A program made the position numbers and the translations under genes. The notes under the pieces are model-generated. The model worked only from the letters and a program-made list of their open reading frames with translations, did no database searches and was not told where the DNA came from. Positions 1 to 11,975 of a stretch of DNA of 64,000 nucleotides are shown here, one piece after another; the first letter of the stretch is position 1; each line of letters begins with the position of its first letter. This DNA comes from Mobula hypostoma (lineage: Eukaryota), in assembly GCF_963921235.1 (NCBI RefSeq), contig NC_086108.1, positions 65,102,001 to 65,166,000 on the forward strand, given 5' to 3'.

Positions 1-407
1 TAAGGTAGAAGGAGATGACTTATACGGCTCTCGTTACATGCAGTTCAACGCTTTGAGTGATTGTGCAGAAAGTTTGAAGTTAATAACTCATCGCCTACCT
101 TAGGCCACGAACTTATCAATCACCCTTGATGAGTTATTAACTTCAAACTTTCTGCATAGTCACTCAAAGAGTTGAACTGCATGTGCATGTAACAAGAGCT
201 GTATAACTCATCGCCTTCTACCTTAGGCCATGAACTTATCAATCACCCTGCTGTGGACACTTTCTGGAGGTCTAAGATCCGTATGCTCCACAACCGCTGG
301 ACTGTGTGTATAAATGTAGGAGGGGACTATGTTGAAAAATAAATGTGCTAGGTTTTCTAAAATTGACTCCTTCTACCTTAGGCCATGAACTTATCAATCA
401 CCCCTCG
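1..407 (+). mobile_element. Mariner-derived non-autonomous element (MITE) with internal TIR copies, truncated by the window start
   Basis: Ends in ...cttatcaatcacccctcg|TA. The TIR motif ctaccttaggcca(c/t)gaacttatcaatcaccc recurs at ~95, ~217 and ~373. Positions ~285-342 encode a mariner-like C-terminus (HNRWTVCINVGGDYVEK*). Confidence 0.8.
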
Positions 408-1044
408 TATTTAGTTCGTCCAGCAGATTTGAGTTTTGAATACCTTTGCTTTCCCCCTTGAGTTTTCTCCATCCATTCATCTATGTTTTGCCATTTTAAA
501 GGGTTTTCATTGATTAATTGCTGTATTGCCTTTCTGTTTTGATGTCAATCCTTCTGGGCAAGATCACTTTTTAACTCATTGATATTAGTCTTCCATGTGC
601 TTGGAGCTGACCTTGGGATAGACCACAGTTGACCTCATTGTGTACAGTTTGGCCTGATCTCAAATATCACCATTCTGACTGTGCTCAACAAGGCAGCATG
701 TTCAGATCGAGTTACCTAGTGATGTCTCATGGGGTTAGTGCTCTCCTGAAAGAAAAAAATGGACAATACGATTACCACCATAACTTTTGGATCTCTCTGT
801 ATCTCTTCCACTATTGTGTGGCCTGGTCATGCAGTCCTTTATCCTGTGTTTGTATTGATCATCCCACAGCACTATATGGTTATGCTGTGAGCATTCTTTG
901 CTAAACACATTTTGTTGCCTTTAAAGGCACTCACCTCCACTTTCACTCACCTTTACTTTCAGTAAATAAATGTGGCCCATTAGTTTCTCCCTCTTCTGTC
1001 TTTTATACAAAATTGCTCTATCTGAACAGCAAATATGCTGCAGT

Positions 1045-1330
1045 GGGCGCCACAGTACTGTAGCGTTTAGCGTGTCACTATTACAGCTCAGGGTGTTAGA
1101 GTTTTGGAGTTCATTTCCGGCGTCCTCTGTGAGGGGTTTGTATGCTCTCCCCGTAACCGCATGAGTTATCTCTGGGTACTCCGGTTTCCTCCCACATTCC
1201 AAAGATGTACCAGTTAGTAGGTTAGTTGATCGTTGTAAATTGTCCTGTGATTATTTAAATAGGTGGGTTGCTGGGCAATGTGGCTCATTTGGCCAAAAGG
1301 ACCTGTTCTGCACTGTATCTCTAAATAAAA
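1045..1330 (+). mobile_element. tRNA-derived V-SINE (HE1-like)
   Basis: Has a tRNA-like head, the V-domain core ctctgggtactccggtttcctcccacattccaaaga, and a CR1-like 3' tail (ctgtatctctaaataaa). Confidence 0.75.
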
Positions 1331-1821
1331 ATTAAATTCAAACAGTCTGTTATTTTAGTTCGTAGGAATTGTAGCTGGAAACTCTTTGTAGTTTGTAAAT
1401 CTTCTATAATTCAGAAATCACTTATAAAACAGAAATCCTCTGGGTTAAATGTGTGTTAAGAACTATTTGTCTAAACTTAAATATGTATCATTAAAGATCA
1501 AATAAACTGTGTTTAAACTACTTCATTAGCTGGAAGTATCTCCTCCTTGGTACTAAGTGGGGGACCCACCACTCAAGCAGTGGGTATAGACAACTAGATC
1601 TGGCCACAGAGACTGGACTAGACAAGGAGGTAAGCTAATTCTTGAAGAGTAGGTGGATACAGTATAACCTCCCTGTACTGAGGTACTTATATCAGACAGG
1701 GCTCTTTATAATTTAGGGCTTTGCTGACAGTGAAGCTTATACCGCCAAAGGGTAGAGGAACTAATGGCACAAGCAGAAGAACATATGTATGATATAAATG
1801 CTATTATGTAAATAAAATTGA

Positions 1822-2035
1822 TCAGAATCAGATTTAATGTCACTGGCATATGTTGTGAGACTTGTTGACTTTGCAGCAGTAGTACAATGCAATACGGTGA
1901 ATTACATTAAGTATATATATGTATACAGCATATGAAAGATAAGAAAAAAGTAGTGAGGTAGTGTTCATGGGGTTGACGTCCATTCAGAAATCGGATGGCA
2001 GAGGAGAAGAATTGGTCCTGAATCACTGAGTGTGG
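1822..2035 (-). mobile_element. 3' fragment of an L2/Rex-Babar-type LINE
   Basis: Starts with an (atcaga)n tail followed by tttaatgtcactggc. A similar tail occurs at ~22255 and, on the + strand, at ~36445. Confidence 0.45.
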
Positions 2036-2129
2036 CACTTTGCAAGTTATACAGCATGTGTAGAAAGAGAAATAGGATTAACATTTCAGGTTAAAAGTCC
2101 CTTCACCAATGCTGGGGAAAACAATATTT

Positions 2130-2860
2130 TAAAAACACTTAAAAGTTTTCATAGGTAGAAAAAAAAAGGAAAAGGCTAGCAAGGGTAGATGTAAATCCCT
2201 GACAGACAGAGTTAGGAAAATTTGTATTGGTGAATAAGGAAATGACAGAGGAAGTAAGCAATTTCTTCACCATTGTTTTCATAGAAGAAGACATAAAATC
2301 TGCTGAATATATTCTAGAAACAAGGCTCTAATAAAAAAAAGGAAACCAAAGAAACCAAGTATCATTCAAAAAATAGTACTAGAGAAGTTGTTGAGCTTGA
2401 AAGCAGATGTATCTAAAGAACCTGATGATTTATGTCCCAGAGTTTTGAAAGAGTGGCTTGACAACTGCTCTGGTTATCATCTTCCAAAGTTCCATACATG
2501 CTGGTATTGTTCCTGTGAATTGGACTGTAGTTAACATGGCCCTGTTAGTTTAATGCCAATAGTAGGGAAAAGTGTTGAAAACAGTAATGATGTAATAACT
2601 GAATGCCACAAAAAGAACAAGTGGAATAGGCTGAGGTAGAATTACTTCATGAAGTCAAAATCATGTTTGATTAATCTGCTATGACCAGTAGAGTAGAAAG
2701 GGGAACCAGTGGATGTAGTGTATTTGGATTTTAGGGAGACTTGATGAGCCAAGTAAAAGTCTCTTCATAACTGTTGGGGGAAAAAGATATTTAAAAGCTT
2801 TTATAAGTATAAAAAAAGGAAAAAGACTGACAAGAGTAAATATAGCCACTTGACAATTAA
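2130..2860 (+). mobile_element. Old degenerate CR1 LINE ORF2 fragments
   Basis: Decayed CR1 motifs are visible (aaatcatgtttgattaatct = KSCLINL; gtggatgtagtgtatttggatttt = VDVVYLDF), with many stops. Confidence 0.65.
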
Positions 2861-2864
2861 TGGG

Positions 2865-3068
2865 TTCTCACTTCATCCCCCTTTCCCTCCTCCACCCACC
2901 TCCTCGTTCTGCCTTCTTTCCCCTTCTTTTTCAGTCTTGAGGAAGGATCTTGGCCAGAAACATCAGTTGTTTATTCCTCTCCATAGATGCTGCCTGACCA
3001 GCTGAGATTCTCCAGCATTTTGTGTGTGTTATTCTGGATTACAAGCATCTGCAGAATCTTTTTGTGTT
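2865..3068 (+). mobile_element. Penelope pLTR/3' tail fragment with a decayed hammerhead
   Basis: Matches the tail at 42780-42919 (cagtcttgaggaaggatcttggccagaaacatc...gatgctgcctgacc...ccagcattttgtgtgtgtt). Confidence 0.75.
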
Positions 3069-3168
3069 GGTAATTGATGAGGTCGTTTGTCACTAGGATA
3101 GATCACATGGAATTGGTTACTGAACTGAAAGGAAAGAGCAAGAATAAACAGATTATTCTAAGGTTTAC

Positions 3169-3273
3169 TGTTAGATTAGATTAGATTAGATTCAACTTTA
3201 TTGTCATTGTGCCAAGTACAGATATAAAGCCAATGAAATGCATTTAGCATCTGACCAGAAATGCAAAGAATAG
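3169..3273 (-). repeat. (TTAGA)n microsatellite tail plus a short LINE 3' fragment
   Basis: gttagattagattagattagatt is followed by caactttattgtcatt. The same tail type occurs at 33421. Confidence 0.55.
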
Positions 3274-3489
3274 CCACTGCAGGGATCAGTGTTTAGGCCT
3301 CAGCTTTCCACAATTTGCATCAATAATTTGGCTATGGTGTGGATGAAATGTCATATTTCCAATTTTTCTTAAAATACTTAGAATTCTTAAGTATTGTACT
3401 TAATTCTTAGAATTGACGGAGATCTGAGGGGCCTCATAGTCCTTGTGAATATGACAGGTGGAAAATAGGGGGTTCCAAAGCATTAACAT

Positions 3490-3630
3490 GTGATTCTGCA
3501 GATGCTGGAAATCCAGAGCAACACACACAGAATGCTGGAGGAACTCAGCAGGTCAGGCAGCGTCCACGGAAATGAAGAAATAGTCGGTGTCTCGGTCCAA
3601 GACTGCTCTTCAGGACTGGAAAGGAAAGGG
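3490..3630 (-). mobile_element. Penelope tail fragment (antisense)
   Basis: ctgcagatgctggaaatccagagcaacacacacagaatgctggaggaactcagcaggtcaggcagc is the reverse complement of the tail seen at 2985-3060 and 44470-44515. Confidence 0.75.
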
Positions 3631-3889
3631 GATGCACTTTGGGTCATGTAACAGTGAAGAAAGTGTTAATGTTCAAAATAATCTAAGTGTGCTTGTACAC
3701 AAGTCACTAAAAGTAATATGATGATGGAACAAGTGATTAAGAATGCAATTGGTATACCAACCTTCATTGTGAGAGAGTTTGAATACACTACTAACAACGT
3801 CTTATTGCAGTCATAAAATGACAGTGAGTTTGCACCTGGAACGTTGTATTATGACCTCCTTACCTAAAGAGGATGTGTTTGACGTAGAG

Positions 3890-3969
3890 CAGGAGTTCCC
3901 AATCCTTTATATGTCATGGACCTCTGCCATTAACCGAGAGGTCCGTGGACCCGAGCTTAGGAACGCCTG
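3890..3969. mobile_element. 80-bp hAT-Charlie MITE
   Basis: TIRs are caggagttccc...ggaacgcctg, with a degenerate 8-bp TSD (acgtagag/acattgag). Homologous to 34450-34529. Confidence 0.7.
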
Positions 3970-5907
3970 ACATTGAGGAAATGCAGCAAAGGTTCATCAG
4001 TTAGTTCCAGAGGTAGCGGCTCAGCTATACAAAGAGTAATTGGGATTGTATTTAGAGTTTAGAAGAATTGGGGAAGAGTTCATTGTAACATACTGTTAAA
4101 GCTCTTGACAGGTGACATACAGGGAGAATATTTCCCCTGGCACAGGAGTCTATGGCCAGGGAACAGAGTTTCACAATAAATGGTAGGCTACTAAGGGTTG
4201 ACTTCAGGAGAACTTTCCTCACTCAAAAGTTTGTAAACCTTCGGGAATTATCTACGTTAGAGGGTTGTGCGGGCTCATTGAAAACAGAGATAGGTTTCTG
4301 AACTATAAAGGTGTGAATGACATGGAGATACAGCTGGAATATGGTGCTGAGATAGAAATCAGTCATGATCTTGCAAATGATGGAGCAGGCTCAGAAAGGT
4401 GAGATGGCCTGTTTGTGTTCCTACTTTTTATGTTTTTATATAAATGTATTTATTTAAAATAGCCCAGTATGGTAACAGAAAATTGGTTAACATTGCACAA
4501 TAAGTGAGAGGTAAACTGTTCAATCTAACTCCCATTGCACACTTTCTAAGAAGGAGCCTTTCTCCTTGAATGGGCTTCTATTTGTCACAATTAAGAGTAC
4601 AAAAGGGTGTTAATTACAATGAATCATTCAAATCATGATACTGAATTGCATTGATTGAAATATAAGTGGGTGGTAGGGAAAGAGAGACCACGCAGGAGGG
4701 AGTAACACTGGAATGTAGAGTAATGCTGTGGAAAGTGCTGCTTGTTTTGTACCAGAAAGGAGTTATTTTTATTTACTTGGTAAAAGTCACTTCACTCTGC
4801 CATGTATCTAAGCAGTATTTCAAATGACATTTTGTTATTGATACTGTAAGACATTTCTTAACGTAACATGGAAACAAGTGCAGATGAGCTGTGCTGTATG
4901 GCAAAAAAGTATAGAGTCAGCAACTTCTATTAATTTAAAAACTAACTTTAAAGTGGCTTTGAGCATGTGAAACGAAATACAAAGTTGGAAATTTATTTGT
5001 AGAGCTTAATGAAGTAACCTTTATTTTAAAAAAATAAGATGCAATCAAATAGCTGAAGAATTTCATCAACCATCAACAGTTTAAAATTCAAGAAAACCAG
5101 CCTCTGGCTTAGTAGTTCTTTTCTAGTGCAAGTACTTTTTTTTTGGGGGGGGGATGCATTCACTGCTGGGGGGTGGCGGTGTTCCGTGGACAAGCAGGAG
5201 ACTTCTTGTGTGTGTTTGGAGAAAAATGCAGTAATTGAGCCATTGTCTAATTTACCCACATCTTTGAAAAGGGCTGATTAATTAAATATACAACAGTGTT
5301 GCTCTTTGGACTGTATTCTCATTTACAGCATGGGCCATAAATTAGACAGAATAAATACTTCAATGTGTTGACCAAAGAGCTGCTACGTCAGAACCGCTTG
5401 AAGGCTGGTGGGTGGAGAGCAGAGTGTTTCTTGATAATGATAGTCACGTCTGGGTCTGTCTGGTAACCAATGGAAACCAGACATGATGTAACACCAGGAT
5501 GAACTTGAACTTGGGGGACTTAAAAAGGGAACAATAGACCAGAGTAATCAATAAAGCAAATTTCTGTGAAGGATTACAGGACTGCTCTCGGGTAACCTTG
5601 CCTGCCAGGCAGTGAATAGTAAGGAGTGGGAAAGAACCTTGTTTTAATTTAAAAGGGTGGGCAAAAGCACTGCAGACTTATGCTGTGCAGTTAAGAGAGG
5701 AGAAAGGTGCTGTGTACAATTGCACCCCCTGTTGACAGAAGCTAGTATTATTTGGCAGGAACATCATTCTTTTTTAATTAAGATTGCAATAAAAGAAGTT
5801 TTCACATTACTATGTGTCCTTATCTATTTTAACTGTAAATGCAATTTTTAAAAAACCTATCTCAGCTAATATAGTGTTCTTTGCTTGTCTTTTGTTCACT
5901 TCTGCAG

Positions 5908-5955
5908 ACAAATCTTCAAAGATCCGCGGTTGGGCCAAATACGACTGTTACATAA
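5908..5955 (+). other. Candidate alternative NFIA exon (possibly terminal; phase 0 reads TNLQRSAVGPNTTVT*)
   Basis: Strong acceptor with a branch-like gctaat (~5866) and the tract ttctttgcttgtcttttgttcacttctgcag. AATAAA at 5978 and ~6008. Lies in a repeat-free block. No transcript evidence. Confidence 0.35.
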
Positions 5956-6789
5956 GTGCATTTCCCCTAGCTGGTTAAATAAATTTTTAAGCGAAAAGCT
6001 GTTTGAAAATAAATACATCCTCTTCACGTTCAAAATATTTTAGCTGTGATACAAGAATTGTTGACGTCCTTTCTTAGGTATTGGATGTAAATCAATGTAT
6101 TCGAAATATATAGTATAAATATACATTGCTTATAAAATATTAAATAACATTCCAGAACGAATCTTTCTTTCACTATAACAGTACTTTTTTATCAATTAGC
6201 AAAGCAGCTTAAACAGCAGGATTGAATACCAATTTTCCAAGCATGCAGACTAAATACCGGCCATCTGCGGTTGTGCTGAAGCTGCAGTATTCCCTTCGCA
6301 TTGATCTGCTAATTGATGTTGAGTTGCATTAAGGTCTGTGGACTCGTGCTGGTTTTGAATAAAGAAGCTTATACTTTCAACTTTAACCCTTTCCAGCGCA
6401 CACTGCACAATGAAGTAGTGTTATGTTTTACCAGAGTTGAGACGTAGATCCACAAGATGCCTGTTTGAGAATTTTGAATGAATATAAAAGCAAGGAATAA
6501 ACCTGGTAGTGTTGCTCCAAATTCCAGATCTACACTCCTTTGTGTCTCCATTCAGGATCTGAAGTCTGGACAGCAGCCCCGCGATCAGAAGTACAGGAAG
6601 CCAGTACTCCCTCTCGGGCTTGACCTTTGGGTCATTCCAGTCCCACACTGCAGTGGTTGATTTTGAGCTTTTCTCTGAAGTGATCAAGCAAACAATTAAT
6701 TTGTTTATAACCATTGCAAAACCTGAAGTGGTTCAAAGTTGTGTTCCGCCAGTATTTTCCCAGGATTATTATGGATGGGAAATCAGTTT

Positions 6790-9145
6790 CCTTAAGCAGC
6801 ACATAGACGTCCCAATCATAGTCTGTGCGATACTTGATCTGGAATGAGACAGAGCAAGTGACAGCAGTTTGTGTAGGGGAACATCTTGCATCTAGTGACT
6901 ACAATGCCATTAGTTTCAAAGTAAATACGCAAAAAGCTAGGTGTAGCCCACAGGTTGAGATTCTAAATTGAAGGAAGGCCAATTTTGATGGTATCAGAAA
7001 TGATCTGGCAAGTGTGGATTGGGAGGCTGTTTTCTGGCAAAGGTATGCTTGGTAAGTGAGAGGCCTTCAAAAGCGAAATTTTGAGACTACAATGCTTGAG
7101 TGTGCTAGTGTTATAGAAACTTCGTTTTCAAGAGATATTGAGGCCCTGGTTAAGAAAAAACGGTGTATCACAGGTAGGAACAAATGATGTGCTTATGGAA
7201 TATAAGAAATGCAATTTCTTTTGTATTCGCCTCCACCACCGTTGCTGATGACAAAAAAAAAGTGGATATGATAGGGTCTTTTAAGAGACTCCTGGACAGG
7301 TACATGGAGCTCAGAAAAATAGAGGGATATGGGTAACTGTAGATAATTTCTAAGGTAAGGACATGTTTGGCACAGCTTTGTGGGCCGAAGGGCCTGTATT
7401 GTGCTGTAGGTTTTCTATGTTTCTACTTAAGAAAGGAATCAGAAATGCTAAAAGAAGGCATGAGGATGTCTTAACAGATGAGGTGAAGGAGAATCCTAAG
7501 GGTTCTACAGATATGTTTAGAGCAAGGGGCAAAATTCGTCTTTCAAAAATCAGAATGGTAATCCATACATGGAGCCAAAAGAGATGGAGGAGATCTTAAA
7601 TGAATTGTTTGCATCTGTATTTTCTCAGCAGGTAGACACAGAGTGTATAGAATTGAGGCAAAATGGCGTCAACTTTGTGAAACCTACACAGATGACAGAG
7701 GAGGAGATGTATACAGTCTTAAGGCAAATAAGGGTGGATAAATCCCAAGGGCCAGACAAGGTGTTCCCTCAAACCTTAAGGTCCACTGTTTAAGAATGTC
7801 TCTAAAAATAAACCAGAAAATGATAGGCCTGTGATCATAACATCAGTAGTGGGAAAGTTATTAGAAGGTATTCTAAGGGACTGGATCTATGAGTATTTGG
7901 ATAGACATGGACTGATTAATCAGCATGGCTTGTGCGTGGTTAGTCGTGTCTAACAAATCTTACAGAGTTTTTTGAGGAAATTGCTGGAAAAGTTGACGTA
8001 GGCAAAGCAGTGGATGTTATCTACATGGACTTTAGCAAGGCATTTGACAAGGTCCCGCATAGGAGGTTGGTCAAGAAACTTAAGTTGCTCGGCATTCAGG
8101 ATGAAGTAGTAAATTAGCTTAGACATTGGCTTTGTGGGAGAAGCCAGAGAGAGGTGGTAGATGGGTGCCTCTCTGACTGGAGGCCTGTGACTAGTGGAGT
8201 GCTGCAGGGATTAGTGCAGGTTGATGTTTGTCATTTATATCAATGATTTGGATGATAATGTGGTAAACTGCTTCAGTGTATTTGAGCATGACACTAAGAT
8301 TGGGGGTGTAGTGGACTCAAGGAAGACTATGAAAGCTCGCAGTGAGATCTGAACCAGCTGGATAAATAGGTTGAAAAATGGCAGATGGAATTTAATGCAG
8401 ACAAGTGCCAAGTGTTGCACTTCGGTAGGACAAACCAGTGTAGGTCTCACACAGTGAACAGTAGGGCAGTGAGGAGCGTGGTAGAACAAAGTGATCTGGG
8501 AATACAGGTACATAATTCGTAGAAAGTAACATTGCAGCTAAATAGGATTGTAATGAAAGTTTTGGAACATTGGCCTTCATAAATCAAAGTATTGAGTGCA
8601 GGAGATGGGATGTTATGTTGAAGCTGTATAAGATGTTAGTGAGGCCTAATTTGGGGTATAGTGTTCCGTTTTGGACGCCTTCCTACAGGAAGGATGTAAA
8701 AAAAGTTTGAAAGAGAACAGAGAAAATTTACAAGGATGTTGCCGGGTATGGAGGACCTGAGTTATATAGAAAGATTAAATAGGTTAGGAATTTATTCCTT
8801 GGAACATAGAAGATTGAGAGGAGATTTGATAGAGGTATACAAAACTTATGAGGGGCATAGATAGGGTAAATGCAAGCAGACTTTTTCCACTGAGGTTGGG
8901 TGGGACTACAATTAGCGGTCATGGGTTAAGGGTGAAGGGTGAAAAGTTTAAGGGAAACATAAGGGGAAACTTCTTCACTCAGGGGGTCTTGAGAGTGTGG
9001 AACGAGCTGCCAGCACATGTGGTGCATGCAAGTTCAATTTCAATGTTCCACAGAAGTTTGGATAGATACGTGGCTTGTAGTGGTATGGAGGGCTGTGCTC
9101 CCAGTGCAGGTCGATGGGGTAGGCAGCTTAAATGGTTCAGCTCAA
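6790..9145 (+). mobile_element. 5'-truncated CR1 LINE (end of endonuclease, RT, 3' end), frameshifted
   Basis: Motifs include AILDL, SDYNAISF, DKSQGPD, VDVIYMDFSKAFDKV, DTKIGG, MEFNADKC, and the ORF 8848-9150 with FFTQGVLRVWNELP. Confidence 0.9.
7215..7425 (+). mobile_element. Short young CR1 3'-end insertion with a micro 5' inversion, nested in the CR1 above
   Basis: 3' tail is ttttctatgtttcta. The 5' part 7221-7247 is the reverse complement of the CR1 segment normally found just upstream. Confidence 0.65.
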
Positions 9146-9149
9146 ACTA

Positions 9150-9750
9150 ATCACAAACAAGAGAAAATCTGCAGATGCTGGAAGTCCAAGCAACACACGC
9201 AAAATACTGGGGGAGCAAGTGCTTCATCTACCCCTACACCTCCTCCATCACTAACATTCAGGCCCCCAAACAGTCCTTCCAGGTGAGGCAACACTTCACC
9301 TGTGAGTCTGTTGGTGTCATTTACTCAATCCAATGTTCCCGTGTGTGGCCTCCTGTATATTGGTAAGACCTGACGTAGATTGGGAGACCACTTCACAGAG
9401 CACCTACGCTCTGTCAGCCTGAAAAGGTGAAATCTCCCAGTGGTCATCCATTTTAATTCCGCTTCCCATTCCCATTCCAACATGTCAATCCGTGGCCTCC
9501 TCTGCTGTCGCAATGAGGCCACACTCAGTTGGAGGAGCAACAACTTGTATTCTGTCTGAGTAGCCTCTGAGGCATGAATATTGATTTCTCGAATTTCTGG
9601 TAATACTCCCTCCCCCCCTCACCATTCCCTATTCCCATTTCCCTCTCTCACCTTATCGCCTTACCTGCCCATCACCTCCTCCATTTCTTTCTTCCATGGC
9701 CTTCTGTGCTTTCCTATCTGACTCCCCTTTCACCAGCCCTGTATCTCTTT
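9150..9750 (+). mobile_element. Penelope fragment (GIY-YIG region) preceded by an inverted tail piece
   Basis: 9215-9600 matches 42135-42530 (KQSFQVRQHFTCES..., LYIGKT). 9150-9213 is an antisense pLTR tail. Confidence 0.85.
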
Positions 9751-9814
9751 CACATCCCTGCTCTTGTATTCTAGACCTCTGGAAGTGAAGCTAACATTGC
9801 ATTTGCCCTTCTTT

Positions 9815-10095
9815 TATTTAATTTTATTTTTATTTAGAGATATAGGGGCAGCGTAGGTCCTTCTAGCCCTTTGAGCTGCACTGCCAGTAACCCACCAGTT
9901 TAACCTTAGCCCAACCATGGAACAACTTACAATGACTTACTGGCCTACTAGCTGGTACATCTTTGTTCTGTGGGAGAGAAGTGGAGCACCCAGAAGAAAC
10001 CCATGCATTCCATGGGGAGGATGGACAAACTCCTTACAGAGGACACCAGAAGTGAAATCTGAACTCTGTAATAGCGTTGTGCTACTGTGGTGCCC
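9815..10095 (-). mobile_element. V-SINE (antisense)
   Basis: The reverse complement resembles 1045-1330 (V-domain gggagagaagtggagcacccagaagaaacccatgc). Confidence 0.7.
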
Positions 10096-10099
10096 TTTT

Positions 10100-11480
10100 T
10101 GTCTCTTTCCTTTCTGGAATAGTGGTTTACCAATACTCTCTAAAACCTCTTCAGAATCCAGGGAATCCAATTTATTCACTTCCTCTGCCACGACTTCCCT
10201 GAGAGGAGGCTGAGATACAGACTAGGGGACTTTTTATTTGTCAGCACTATTAAAATATTTTATTTTAGTGATAGGGGTTGTCTGTACTCCCTGTGGCTTC
10301 TTGGTTACCTATTACTGTTTTGCTTTTACTGTCTTCTATTATGAAAACTGATCCAAATTAATGATTCAGAATCTCTGCCATTTACTATTTCCAATTATCA
10401 ATTTTCCAATCTCATTCTCGAAAGAACCAATGTTTACTTTAGCTCTGTTCTTCTTTCTGATGTTGTTGCAGAAGCTGTTATGGCCACTGCCTCACAATTC
10501 AGCCTTGGTCCTGCGGACCTTAATTTCAAGCAATGGACTGCGTATTGAGTATCCAAACTCAAAGGACTTTTTCTATATTTTACCACAATTTGAGTTTAGA
10601 AGGTTTGTCCGTTAACAGAAGACCCTGTTTAGGAATTAAGTCTGTTGTTTGCCAGAAAAATAAAGTCAACATTATGGATTTTATGAGCAACAAGTTTTAA
10701 AGAGGGACCTTAATTTTTTCCAGGAACTAAGGTGACTCAAATAGGTTGAATGGAGTAAAATTAAGAATAGTTTAATTTGCACTCAATCATTGTATTTGAG
10801 TCTTTTAAGCATCAGGAAACAGATTCAAAATGTATGGGAGGATGAAATGATTTTTTTTACATCAGAATGGTGCAATTAGTTGATGAAGTTGCACGAATAT
10901 ACAAACATATGGTCCTTCAAACCTACCTACTGTTTAATAAGAACATGGTTAATTTGATTGTCGTTACCAGTTAGAACAGTAATACTGCAGTCCTGTGATT
11001 ATCAAATATCTAGCTCAGAAATCTTCAGTGACACTGCCTTTAGGGAAAAAATTCTCAAAAATTTCCTTCTGTGGGAAACAGTGCCTCTTCTCTGCCTTAA
11101 TAGGTGTCATCTTATTTTTAAATTCTATCTTCTGTTGCACGGGAAAGCATGCACCCTGTCAAGCCATCTTTGGATGTTAAATGTTTCAATCAAGTCCCTC
11201 TCACTCCCAAGAACAGCCAATCCAAACGTTCCATGTAAAGCAACCCACCCATTCCACATATAATTCTCTCTTATTTACAGCAAGCAACACTCTCTGAAAT
11301 GCTTCCAACACATTTACATAAATAAGGGCAGTGCTGTATAGAAGGCCCCAGACGTGATCTTACCAATATGTTTATTTTCCTAGCACTAAACAATGATGCT
11401 CTGTTACATTTCATAATTACTTGTGCCTGTTAAATAGCCTTTTGCAGATCACTAGTCACCCAAATTCCTTTGTCTTCTCC
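10100..11480 (-). mobile_element. Very old antisense CR1 fragments, interspersed
   Basis: Only weak antisense CR1-like stretches (~10100-10470, ~10960-11480). Boundaries are uncertain. Confidence 0.4.
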
Positions 11481-11631
11481 AAAATGCAAACTGATAATGA
11501 TAGAAGCATAGAATCAGTTTGGCAGTACCTGTGGAAGGAGATACAGATTTCATGTTTCAGGATGACCTTAAATTATTCAGCATGAAACTCTGCTTCCCTT
11601 TCCTACTGTGTATTTCTATCACTTTGTATTA

Positions 11632-11975
11632 TGAGGGGTGATTGATAAGTTTGTGGCCTAAGGTAGAAGGAGTCAATTTTGGAAAACCTAGCACATTTAT
11701 TTTTCAACATAGTCCCCTCCTACATGTACACACTTAGTCCAGCGGTTGTGGAGCATACGAATCCCTTCTTTGTCGAAGTCAGTGTCTTGGACCTCCAGAA
11801 GTGGTCCACATCAGGGGTGATTGATAAGTTTGTGGGCTAAGGTAGAAGGAGATGGGTTATTAACTTCAAACTTTCTGCATTATCACTCAGAGAGCTGGAC
11901 TGTGTGTGCATGTAACGAGAGCTGAATAACTCATCTCCTTCTACCTTAGGCCACAAACTTATCAATCACCCCTTG
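11632..11975 (-). mobile_element. Mariner-derived MITE, second copy, complete with TA TSD
   Basis: TA|tgaggggtgattgataagtttgtggcctaaggtag...ctaccttaggccacaaacttatcaatcaccccttg|TA. An extra internal TIR lies at ~11813-11850, and the GGDYVEK* motif is antisense. Confidence 0.85.

Larger units (their letters stand above)
3275..4440 (+). mobile_element. Degenerate CR1 3' portion (RT C-terminus and 3' UTR) with nested insertions
   Basis: Begins at cagggatcagtgtttaggcc (PQGSVLGP region), and the 3' end resembles the other CR1 tails. It is interrupted at ~3490-3630 and 3890-3969. Confidence 0.7.

Noticed and set aside
1..407. Recurring ~30-bp repeat as a CRISPR-like array
   Set aside because: The context is eukaryotic, the repeats are mariner TIRs in mixed orientation, and the spacers are related to each other.
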